DNA of 43,313 bases from a virus. The stretch lies in UHGV virus genome UHGV-0213395; one strand, 5' to 3'. Shown here piece after piece: positions 16,575 to 23,942 of the stretch. The notes below the pieces were generated by a model. The model was not told where the DNA came from, ran no database searches, and was given only the letters and a program-made list of their open reading frames with translations. The position numbers were made by a program, and so were the translations under genes. Positions within the stretch are counted from its first letter, which is position 1. Every line of letters begins with the position of its first letter.

Positions 16575-16847
16575 TTATCTGAAATATTTCGAGACACGCT
16601 TATGTCCTCCGTATGACAGCCACGCCTGACGAATCTGGCGCAGCGCAACTAATGTGATTAATGTCTCAGGCAGCGTCGGAGACATGCTGCCCTGTAACAG
16701 GTGGATACATCCTGCGGCGCAGACAATAGCAGTCAGGATATAGAGCACCCGGCCAAATAGCCCGTCGTCAACGCTGGGATGATACACATTAAACAGCGAT
16801 GTGCCTCCGATTGCCAGCATACCGCAGAACCAGAATAACTCATTCAT
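16575..16847 (-). CDS. second holin / antiholin candidate (2 predicted TM segments, 90 aa)
   Basis: Start moved to internal ATG (MNELFWFCGMLAIGG...); two hydrophobic stretches; lies between holin and endolysin. Confidence 0.45.
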   Translation of the reverse strand: MNELFWFCGMLAIGGTSLFNVYHPSVDDGLFGRVLYILTAIVCAAGCIHLLQGSMSPTLPETLITLVALRQIRQAWLSYGGHKRVSKYFR

Positions 16848-17148
16848 CCGGGCCTCCTCGACGTGCGATGTATTCTCCGGCGACGATACCGGACAGACGG
16901 GAATAGATAGGCATCCAGAGAATAGCGATAATGAAGCCCAGGCCTGCGATTTCACGGTCGCCCGTGATTCCAAACCATTGAGCTGCGAGAGGTGCGCCAA
17001 ATACGGCGCAAGTGAAGCCAGTTGCAATAAAGCAGAAGCCGTCGATAGGGCCGGAAATAGCGGACTTATGTTGCCTTAGTCCGATTACCCCTCCGGCTAG
17101 TGCGGCAGCGAGAAGCCACCCCGTCACTGTTTCAGTAAATTTATCCAA
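16840..17148 (-). CDS. holin candidate (3 predicted TM segments, 102 aa)
   Basis: Three hydrophobic segments and charged C-terminus; apparent TTG start 7 nt after GGAGG; first gene of lysis cassette. Confidence 0.55.
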   Translation of the reverse strand: MDKFTETVTGWLLAAALAGGVIGLRQHKSAISGPIDGFCFIATGFTCAVFGAPLAAQWFGITGDREIAGLGFIIAILWMPIYSRLSGIVAGEYIARRGGPDE

Positions 17149-17223
17149 GATGAATCCTCCAGGTGCGTATTAAGTATGCAGTAACTGGAGGATAGCACGG
17201 GTAGGAATTATCTTAATAACGGT

Positions 17224-17517
17224 TTATTTATGACGCCAGATGTATTGTCGTCTCTGCGGTTTAGTCGGAATATCATCGTACCCCAGCGATTTCCAGTAAT
17301 TAAATAGCCGGTTCGCGATAGCTGCGCGTTCCTTTGTTTTAAACTCTCCTAGATTCACGGCCTTTCCGTTCTGGAATCCACAGGCGCGGATAGCTTTACG
17401 CCGTTCTTGTATCTCTGGGTACAGCGCGTTACGGCGGCGCTTGTGTATACGTGTCTTCGCTCTCGGTGACAGCGGCGCAAGGCCGCTTCGTTTCAGGATG
17501 TCAGTTGCTAACGACAT
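17224..17517 (-). CDS. hypothetical basic protein (97 aa)
   Basis: Start moved to ATG at 17517, 1 nt past the stop of the upstream paralog gene. Confidence 0.45.
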   Translation of the reverse strand: MSLATDILKRSGLAPLSPRAKTRIHKRRRNALYPEIQERRKAIRACGFQNGKAVNLGEFKTKERAAIANRLFNYWKSLGYDDIPTKPQRRQYIWRHK

Positions 17518-17786
17518 CACTCCACCCCTTCCACATGTGTAACTGACCCACAGTTCGCGCACTCGACGTAATCAGGGTACTGGTCTTTGTATTTCTGTAG
17601 CTCGGCGTTTACTTCTGCCAGTCTCGACACAAGCCCTTCTATTTCCTTGTCGTCGTCGGCTAGACGTTCCTGGTAATAGTCGTCCAGTTCCTTATAGCTG
17701 TCGTACTCTACATAATCGCCGTATGCGTACTCAGCCATCTCAGGCTCTGGCAGGCCCCACGCTTTTACCTCATATCTCTGTACCAT
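17517..17786 (-). CDS. small protein, tandem paralog B (89 aa)
   Basis: Starts MVQRY, ends ELQKYKDQYPDYVECANCGSVTHVEGVE; C-terminus identical to neighbour A. Confidence 0.5.
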   Translation of the reverse strand: MVQRYEVKAWGLPEPEMAEYAYGDYVEYDSYKELDDYYQERLADDDKEIEGLVSRLAEVNAELQKYKDQYPDYVECANCGSVTHVEGVE

Positions 17787-17989
17787 TACTCCACCCCCTC
17801 CACATGTGTAACCGACCCGCAGTTCGCGCACTCGACGTAATCCGGGAACTGGTCCTTGTATTTCTGTAACTCGGCTTCAACTTCCAACAGCTTTAGGTCA
17901 AGATTCTGGTAGTCCTCAAACTTAACCCACTTCCCGTGGCGGTCAATGAAATGGTTGTCGGACCCATACTTAGAATATCTCTGTACCAT
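17786..17989 (-). CDS. small protein, tandem paralog A (67 aa)
   Basis: Start moved to internal ATG (MVQRYSKYG...); ends ELQKYKDQFPDYVECANCGSVTHVEGVE. Confidence 0.45.
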   Translation of the reverse strand: MVQRYSKYGSDNHFIDRHGKWVKFEDYQNLDLKLLEVEAELQKYKDQFPDYVECANCGSVTHVEGVE

Positions 17990-17990
17990 G

Positions 17991-18212
17991 TTATTTCTCC
18001 TGTTTTCCAAGTCGCTTAGGTGAGCAGATAGCGCGTACCTCTGAATCGTTGGGCTTGTCACCCTGAAACAGAAAGTGCGCGTTCTCTGCGGCGCGTGCAG
18101 CTGACTGGCACGCCTCCATCGAGTAAAACGTTTCTGATGCCGCGAGTTGCATCTGGCCTGCGGACAGTACCCAGATAAAGAGGATGCTGGTCATTCGGTT
18201 ATCCATCCACAT
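17991..18212 (-). CDS. small protein with N-terminal hydrophobic/signal-like segment (73 aa)
   Basis: MTSILFIWVLSAGQMQLAA hydrophobic stretch near the N-terminus; overlaps neighbours. Confidence 0.4.
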   Translation of the reverse strand: MWMDNRMTSILFIWVLSAGQMQLAASETFYSMEACQSAARAAENAHFLFQGDKPNDSEVRAICSPKRLGKQEK

Positions 18213-18604
18213 TTAATACAATGACGGTGCACCCCGCTTTCAGGGTATATGTATTCAAAGTCGTGGCGGCACTCCTGCGTATCTTCCTTACGGCAACCAG
18301 ATTGCTCCGGCGGTACAGGCGTCTGTGTGCACCGACAATTTACCGTTGGCCCGGGCGCATGTTCGCCAACCACGTAGCGCTGGCCTGCGGAAACGTACCC
18401 ACCTTTGCGGATAAGTTTATACGCCTCCACGTCACCCGTAGCTTGGGCCAGAGCCAGATGCAACTCCTTAATCTGCGCCGAAGCATCACGTAACTGGTTT
18501 TTAAGTGACTGCACCTCATGCGCCATGTCTTCGCACTGGTTGTTATTTACCTGCTGCCGTAGCTGGTCAATCAGGTACTCGAATACTTCGTTTTTAGTGT
18601 TCAC
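18191..18604 (-). CDS. coiled-coil plus Cys-rich zinc-finger-like protein (137 aa)
   Basis: N-terminal heptad region; C-terminal CRC...C...C...CIKCG cysteine cluster; GTG start. Confidence 0.55.
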   Translation of the reverse strand: MNTKNEVFEYLIDQLRQQVNNNQCEDMAHEVQSLKNQLRDASAQIKELHLALAQATGDVEAYKLIRKGGYVSAGQRYVVGEHAPGPTVNCRCTQTPVPPEQSGCRKEDTQECRHDFEYIYPESGVHRHCIKCGWITE

Positions 18605-18621
18605 TCTGTCTCTCCTCTCGT

Positions 18622-18900
18622 TTATTCAACAGCGCCTGTTATTGCTATAAGCCCCGTGTTACCGCGGCGGCGATACTTACGAATCACCGTTTTAAGCTCT
18701 TCGTGACTACTCTGATGCCCGAAAGTGATCGGCAACTCTTCGCCGCCAGACATCCCGAACTCAGTGTCTGTAGGTTTGTTCCGCCACCCCTGAATAAACC
18801 CGAAACGGTCACGAGTTATATACCTGTAGTTGTTAGGGAGGGGCAACTCCAGCCCCTCAAAATCAATGGTCACGGTGTAGCTTCTAAAATTCATAGTCAA
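18622..18900 (-). CDS. hypothetical early protein (92 aa)
   Basis: Intact ORF (TTG start in track; ATG at 18894 also possible). Confidence 0.5.
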   Translation of the reverse strand: MTMNFRSYTVTIDFEGLELPLPNNYRYITRDRFGFIQGWRNKPTDTEFGMSGGEELPITFGHQSSHEELKTVIRKYRRRGNTGLIAITGAVE

Positions 18901-19033
18901 TTACCCCGAACTCATTGATGATTTGAGCCTTGTAGAAGTTGCCGTTCGAGGCCAGGCGGTACGCCTGCGCCATAGTCATCTCGCGATAAGTTGCGGCGCT
19001 GTTTTCGAATTCCATAATCATCAAAGTAACCAT
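18884..19033 (-). CDS. small hypothetical protein (49 aa), first gene after promoter copy 3
   Basis: ATG at 19033 with GAGAGGAGAGA SD; directly downstream of conserved promoter 19065-19093. Confidence 0.4.
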   Translation of the reverse strand: MVTLMIMEFENSAATYREMTMAQAYRLASNGNFYKAQIINEFGVIDYEF

Positions 19034-19064
19034 ATTCTGTCTCTCCTCTCGTTTGTGTAAATGA

Positions 19065-19093
19065 ATAGTAGCCTATTCTATATTAGTGTGCAA
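19065..19093 (-). promoter_or_regulatory. conserved early promoter, copy 3 (TTGCAC-N17-TACTAT, minus strand)
   Basis: rc reads CTTGCACACTAATATAGAATAGGCTACTATTCA; same architecture as the other copies. Confidence 0.5.
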
Positions 19094-19170
19094 GTAAATT
19101 TTATTGGTGTTTGTATTGTTGCGTCTCCTGCAATAGTCGCTTCGATTGTTGCGTTTGGTGAAATAGAACA

Positions 19171-19206
19171 AAAATGAGAAAAATGATACGCTGCTGTGTA
19201 GCAGCG
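19171..19206 (-). terminator. rho-independent terminator after DUF551-like gene
   Basis: CGCTGCT-GTGT-AGCAGCG stem followed on the minus strand by a U-rich tract. Confidence 0.6.
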
Positions 19207-19210
19207 TAGG

Positions 19211-19435
19211 TCACTCAGTAAAATCCCAAACTATTGTTACAGTATAACATAACACTTCTGGCGGCTCGGGTAACGGCATCCAGTGGGAGATATCACCGTG
19301 GTATAAACTCTTCGCTGGTCCCCAGTAGCCATCTGAATTAACACGCATAACCTCACAACCGACAAAACCATCAGTTACAAGAACGTATTCATAAGGCTCC
19401 GGCATCCGCTCGCTACACTTAATCCACTCGCTCAT
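19211..19435 (-). CDS. DUF551-like protein (74 aa)
   Basis: N-terminus MSEWIKCSERMPE resembles DUF551 family proteins common in enterobacterial phages. Confidence 0.5.
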   Translation of the reverse strand: MSEWIKCSERMPEPYEYVLVTDGFVGCEVMRVNSDGYWGPAKSLYHGDISHWMPLPEPPEVLCYTVTIVWDFTE

Positions 19436-19438
19436 ATC

Positions 19439-19582
19439 TCACCTCGTATTCACCACCGTTTGCACACCAGCTTTCCACGCCCGCCACGCGAGACGCGTCT
19501 TAACGTTCAGGTACTCTTTCTTCGAACCCTTGTTAACCGGCAGACCCTCGACTACGGCCCACCGTTCAAATGCTCCTCTCAT
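19439..19582 (-). CDS. small hypothetical basic protein (47 aa)
   Basis: ATG at 19582 with GGAGGA SD; fills the gap between track ORFs. Confidence 0.35.
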   Translation of the reverse strand: MRGAFERWAVVEGLPVNKGSKKEYLNVKTRLAWRAWKAGVQTVVNTR

Positions 19583-19585
19583 AAC

Positions 19586-19786
19586 TTAGTCCTCCAGAAC
19601 CTCACACTCACAGGAGTGCACAACCACATATCCGGCGTCACATTCGATAATGAACATATCGGAACCAGCAAGGGAAACCTCAAACTCATCACCTACCGAA
19701 ACTCCCCAGTAACTAAGCGACAAATCGTCACCATCGCGCGGGTCCACATAATCAACATCAGTTATACGAATTCTCATTAACGGCAA
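19586..19786 (-). CDS. small protein, member of tandem paralog pair (66 aa)
   Basis: Shares M..I.ITD..Y...GD...GV.VGD.FEV pattern with the adjacent 19777..20016 gene. Confidence 0.5.
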   Translation of the reverse strand: MPLMRIRITDVDYVDPRDGDDLSLSYWGVSVGDEFEVSLAGSDMFIIECDAGYVVVHSCECEVLED

Positions 19787-20016
19787 CCTCCCTCAGAGTC
19801 GTTGGCACGAGCATCATGATTCGATGCCGTTGTGTATATTTCCGCTTCGGCCTTAGTTACTGGCACTTTGTTGCGTCCAACCTTAATCCACCAACCGCCT
19901 GATACAGTACCAAGCACATCAAAAACGTCACCTATATTTACGCCTATTCTTTCCAGAGTATTGTCGCCACCTTTTTCGTAGGCAACTGTGTTATCCGTAA
20001 TTATGATTTGCATCAC
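19777..20016 (-). CDS. small protein, member of tandem paralog pair (79 aa)
   Basis: MMQIIITDNTVAY...IGVNIGDVFDV; shared pattern with downstream neighbour. Confidence 0.5.
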   Translation of the reverse strand: MMQIIITDNTVAYEKGGDNTLERIGVNIGDVFDVLGTVSGGWWIKVGRNKVPVTKAEAEIYTTASNHDARANDSEGGCR

Positions 20017-20204
20017 TTCGCCCCTTTGAATTTAAAATTGTTGCCGATGAGTTCTAAATTATCGCGTGAGGCGAACCCAGTTTTCTTTCTTACCAGACCC
20101 CATACGTCAACCAGATTATCCTCGTCATACTCGCTCTCGTCCTGCAACACTAATACATATTGCCCTCCGCGTTTAGTTTTAACCAACTGACCCTTCTTAA
20201 ACAT
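20013..20204 (-). CDS. first gene of leftward early operon (63 aa)
   Basis: Start moved to ATG at 20204; purine-rich SD; directly downstream of promoter copy 4. Confidence 0.5.
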   Translation of the reverse strand: MFKKGQLVKTKRGGQYVLVLQDESEYDEDNLVDVWGLVRKKTGFASRDNLELIGNNFKFKGAK

Positions 20205-20238
20205 AACCCTCACTCCTCTGTCTCGTTTCGATAAGTGA

Positions 20239-20267
20239 ATAGTATCCTATTATGTTGGGGTGTGCAA
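20239..20267 (-). promoter_or_regulatory. conserved early promoter, copy 4 (TTGCAC-N17-TACTAT, minus strand)
   Basis: rc reads CTTGCACACCCCAACATAATAGGATACTATTCA, differing at about 2 positions from the plus-strand copies. Confidence 0.55.
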
Positions 20268-20626
20268 GAGAATAGTTACGTTGCCGTTGTGATTCTTTCG
20301 AAACTGTTGTGCCTTTATTCTTATTACTTGGTAACTAAAGGGCAGGCCCTAAGCCTGCCCAATAATCGTTACATTTTTACGGTTGCGAATCTACGGCACA
20401 TTAAGAAACAGTAGATATTTCAGCGGGTTACTTCTTTAAATGAGATTTAGATACACTTATCCTTAAACCACAAGGCAAGCATCTCAGCTGTCTGGGAGGG
20501 GTTGACGAATCCCTCGGGGAGGGTTCGTCAACTCCGTAATATATACAAGTCCCAAAACCATTATACAAACATGTGTCAAGAACTTTCAATAACTTTTTTG
20601 TAAAGATTAAATATTGCAGGGATTGG

Positions 20627-20655
20627 TTGCTTTTACATTCCCGCTATCCTATACT
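20627..20655 (+). promoter_or_regulatory. rightward promoter TTGCTT-N17-TATACT
   Basis: Sits about 30 nt upstream of AGGGGA SD and ATG 20687 of the first rightward gene. Confidence 0.45.
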
Positions 20656-20686
20656 CGGTTTCACTAAACAAACAGGGGATATAAAA

Positions 20687-20869
20687 ATGCAACATTACAT
20701 GACACAGAATGAGGTAGCCGAGCGTATCGGGGTGACACGTCAGACCATTAATAACTGGTTGCGCAGCGGCAAATTCCCTGACTGCTGTATTAAGGTTATG
20801 GGCCGCCGTTTACCGGGAACATTTGACCGTAATAAAGTCGAAGCATGGATTAAGGAGAACGTGAAATGA
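20687..20869 (+). CDS. small HTH DNA-binding protein (AlpA/MerR-type, 60 aa)
   Basis: MTQNEVAERIGVTRQTINNWLRSGKFP HTH signature; start moved to ATG 20687; first gene of rightward operon. Confidence 0.6.
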   Translation: MQHYMTQNEVAERIGVTRQTINNWLRSGKFPDCCIKVMGRRLPGTFDRNKVEAWIKENVK

Positions 20870-21156
20870 AAGGCGTAATTTTCCACAATAAAGCAGAAAA
20901 CGAAGTGTATATGGTTCACTCCGTGGCCGGAGAGTTCGCTTTATGCTTCAATATCTCTTGCCATCTTGATACCTACCGGCCTTTCTGCGTAGAAACAGAA
21001 ATGAAGCTAATTAGCTTACGCCAACTAAGCACCATGTCGGCATCGCTTAACGTAAGAGATAATCTCGAGTATATCGACTTCTATTTCGGCGATGATTTGG
21101 TCGAGGAATATTTTGAAGAGTATAAAAATTTGCTGGAAGGGTTGGCTAAACGGTAA
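20866..21156 (+). CDS. hypothetical protein (96 aa)
   Basis: ATGA overlap with upstream gene; intact ORF. Confidence 0.55.
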   Translation: MKGVIFHNKAENEVYMVHSVAGEFALCFNISCHLDTYRPFCVETEMKLISLRQLSTMSASLNVRDNLEYIDFYFGDDLVEEYFEEYKNLLEGLAKR

Positions 21157-21225
21157 AAAGAAACCCCAACGCCAGAACGTCGGGGCTAAAGTACAAATCA
21201 TCAAAGTAAGCATAAGGATTATACA

Positions 21226-21354
21226 ATGACAAAGTTAATAGTTCCACAGCTACGCCGCCAGAAACACGGCGCTGACTTCTTCGCACCGGTAAAGATGAAC
21301 CGCGCAATGCGCCGTATGCAGGAAGCCTTAGAACGTGCGGAGAAAAAGAAATGA
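21226..21354 (+). CDS. small basic protein (42 aa), coupled to helicase-primase
   Basis: AAGGA SD; ATGA overlap with start of 21351 gene. Confidence 0.3.
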   Translation: MTKLIVPQLRRQKHGADFFAPVKMNRAMRRMQEALERAEKKK

Positions 21355-23585
21355 ATATTGTTTTTGCAACGCTGCGTAACACATTCGATAAAAACCCTGT
21401 AGCGCGTGAGATGCCGCTCGAGCAGTTTGTGGAGTATGTCTGCGATACATCGAAGCGTTTATCCGTGGACCCGTCATGGACTAAGGAAGAGTACGACGCG
21501 GCCAAGATTAAACAGAAAGCTATTGCGCCTGTTGGCGGTCGCCGTAAGAACGCTATTCTGGAAGACAGTGTGGTTAAGTTCGATTTTGACCATCTCAACC
21601 GTACTCAGTACCGCGACCTTACCCGCAAATTCAAGAACGCACCGTTCTTCAATATTCTGCATACAACGGCATCGCATCAGCATGTGTGTAAAAACGGAGA
21701 TTACGCTTTCCGCGTTCTGGTTCCAGCTCGCACGCCGTTTAACTCTAACGACGCGTGGATGGTGCAACGTGCTATTTGTGCAGAGTTAGAAATAGACGAA
21801 GCGTTGCGCGACCACTGCACGGAAGATGGCAACCGCCTTATCTACCTGCCGCACAAAGAGTCGAAGATAACGGTTACAGAAGGGCGTGTTATCCGTGCCG
21901 AGCGGTACATCAAGAAAGCCGAAGAGATGGGGTTGCGTAAGCGTGAGGCTAAAACACTTGCCGCTGATGAGCATGGGCTTAACGCGGATATAGCACACTT
22001 CTGCGAAGCCGAGCTTGGCCTTGACGCTTTATCTTCCGGGCGCGGGTACGAAGTGCCATGCCCTAACGAACATCTGCATACAGGCAAGGGCTCCACCAGC
22101 ATAATGCTCGACGGTAAAGAAGTGCGCTTTGTCTGCCAGCATACAAACAACGGCGCTTGCACCGAGCTTAACCGCCGACAGCATTTGGCCCTGCGTATGT
22201 GCGGCCTGCCAGACGAGCTTAACGTAGACAAGCAACCTATCAGCATTAACAGCATTCGTGCGGCTCTGCCTGATTTACCGGAAGAAGAGATTGAAGAACT
22301 ACACCGCACAGAGAACGAGGACCCAGTAACTTGCAGCCTCGACGACCTGGAAGACGACGAGGACTCAGAGGAGGACTCAGAGGGGGACGGGTTACCGGAG
22401 CCGGTAAAGGCTGATTTCGTCGTTGAGGGGTACATGCCGTCGGATTGTATCTGGGATATCGTCGGGGAATCTGGCACGTACAAATCGTTCTATACGCTGG
22501 GGATGATGTACCTCAGCGCCGCCGGGTACAGGTTTGCGGGGGCGGATACCCAGCGTTGCCACCATTTCTATATTGATGGTGAGGGTGGCGCAGCTACACG
22601 CACCCGTATTGATGCACTAGCGGCTAAATATGGCGGGGAAGGTAAAGATTATGTACACGTCATCGATATGGGCGAAGTCGGCAAACTTAAAAGCCTGATT
22701 AAGTTAATGCGCGAAACTGCTGGCGACGAGCCAATTGGCATGGTTGCGTTCGACACCCTTAACCAGACCCTGGCACTGACGATTGATAAGTTCGACGAGA
22801 ACAGTTCATCAACAGCAATCGGCATGGGTAAAGTTATCGCCATTCTGAAAGAAGTACGCGATGCAACTAAAGCCGCAGTAGGCGTTGTCCACCATACGCC
22901 GAAGGGTGGAAAGAAAGCACGCGGCAGTGGGGCGCTGTATGCGGGTGTTGACGTGGAACTGACAATCGAACGTGCAACCGACCGTCAAATAAACGTATAC
23001 CACTCGAAATTTAAGCACGGTCCTCAACAGAAAACGGTTGGCATGGTGCTGGAGTCTGTGCAGTTCCGCGAAGCTCCGCCGCCGAAAGAGTACCGTGCGG
23101 TTGAGTTCCTGGGGGGCACAGAAGAATACGGCACAATCGTAAACCTGGACCTTCCTGAACCACACAAGGCGCTTGTGTTGATGCCGTGGGGTTTCGAGCC
23201 GTTCAAAACTGACGAGGAGAAAGAGCGGGAAGAAGGGTTGACGAAAGAAGGTAAGCAAAAAGTAAAGGAAGAAGTTAAACGCGGCAGGGATGAAGTAAGG
23301 AAGGAGTCAATACTTTCGGCACTGGAAGACCTGCAACAGTCAGATGACACAGGTCGCGGTTTTACTCAGCAGCAGATAGTGGCTCGTTCCGGTGACTTCT
23401 CTGTGACTAACACCCATCTTGATAAAATGTTGAAAGATGGAGAACTAATGCTTGGTTGCGATGCTAACGGCGAAGTAGTACCGAGAACATATCGTATACC
23501 CGAAAGAATAGGGGATAGATTAAGGCCGAAGACACTATACGAACCAAATGAGATGCTGGTGGTGACAGAGGAGGATTTGGAATAG
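21351..23585 (+). CDS. DNA helicase-primase (primase-like N-terminal region with RecA/DnaB-like NTPase domain, 744 aa)
   Basis: Walker A GESGTYKS and DnaB/RepA-like region; acidic C-terminus ...VVTEEDLE. Confidence 0.7.
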   Translation: MNIVFATLRNTFDKNPVAREMPLEQFVEYVCDTSKRLSVDPSWTKEEYDAAKIKQKAIAPVGGRRKNAILEDSVVKFDFDHLNRTQYRDLTRKFKNAPFFNILHTTASHQHVCKNGDYAFRVLVPARTPFNSNDAWMVQRAICAELEIDEALRDHCTEDGNRLIYLPHKESKITVTEGRVIRAERYIKKAEEMGLRKREAKTLAADEHGLNADIAHFCEAELGLDALSSGRGYEVPCPNEHLHTGKGSTSIMLDGKEVRFVCQHTNNGACTELNRRQHLALRMCGLPDELNVDKQPISINSIRAALPDLPEEEIEELHRTENEDPVTCSLDDLEDDEDSEEDSEGDGLPEPVKADFVVEGYMPSDCIWDIVGESGTYKSFYTLGMMYLSAAGYRFAGADTQRCHHFYIDGEGGAATRTRIDALAAKYGGEGKDYVHVIDMGEVGKLKSLIKLMRETAGDEPIGMVAFDTLNQTLALTIDKFDENSSSTAIGMGKVIAILKEVRDATKAAVGVVHHTPKGGKKARGSGALYAGVDVELTIERATDRQINVYHSKFKHGPQQKTVGMVLESVQFREAPPPKEYRAVEFLGGTEEYGTIVNLDLPEPHKALVLMPWGFEPFKTDEEKEREEGLTKEGKQKVKEEVKRGRDEVRKESILSALEDLQQSDDTGRGFTQQQIVARSGDFSVTNTHLDKMLKDGELMLGCDANGEVVPRTYRIPERIGDRLRPKTLYEPNEMLVVTEEDLE

Positions 23586-23594
23586 GTAAAAAGA

Positions 23595-23613
23595 AAGGGG
23601 CTTTAAGCCCCTT
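23595..23613 (-). terminator. terminator hairpin at end of XRE regulator gene
   Basis: AAGGGGC-TTTAA-GCCCCTT; U-run on the minus strand; the regulator stop codon lies in the loop. Confidence 0.5.
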
Positions 23614-23818
23614 CACCTAACGCCAGCCACTTGGCGTCTACTTCCAGAACTTCCGCCAGTTTGAACAGCGTTGCCGGGCGGACGTCCTGAGTTACTCCAA
23701 GTGCCAGTTGGTTAATCGCGCCCTGGGAAACGCCGGTCAGGGCCGCCAAACGGCGCTGGGAGATGCCGAGTTCTTTGCGGCGTTGTTCTACACGGATGCC
23801 TAGTTCAGATGGTTGCAT
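23603..23818 (-). CDS. Cro/CI-type (XRE family) HTH transcriptional regulator (71 aa)
   Basis: GISQRRLAALTGVSQGAINQLALG HTH_XRE signature; AAGGAG SD; antisense and monocistronic within the replication module. Confidence 0.75.
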   Translation of the reverse strand: MQPSELGIRVEQRRKELGISQRRLAALTGVSQGAINQLALGVTQDVRPATLFKLAEVLEVDAKWLALGEGA

Positions 23819-23882
23819 GTCAATTACTCCTTAGTCAGTTGATATGTGAATAGTACCATATTAATTATTTTAGAAAAGCCCA

Positions 23883-23911
23883 TTGACATGTGAATAGTTC
23901 GCTATTATAGT
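23883..23911 (+). promoter_or_regulatory. promoter TTGACA-N17-TATAGT with AATAG-N4-CTATT operator-like palindrome in the spacer
   Basis: Consensus -35, 17-nt spacer, good -10; near-identical architecture at 26566-26594; drives the gene at 23943. Confidence 0.55.
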
Positions 23912-23942
23912 TAGCCCATACCAAACGAGAGGAGAGAAACAA

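Noticed and set aside
21842-22483. 213-aa minus-strand ORF inside the helicase-primase gene
   Set aside because: Ser-rich low-complexity sequence antisense to a well-supported gene; no independent signals.
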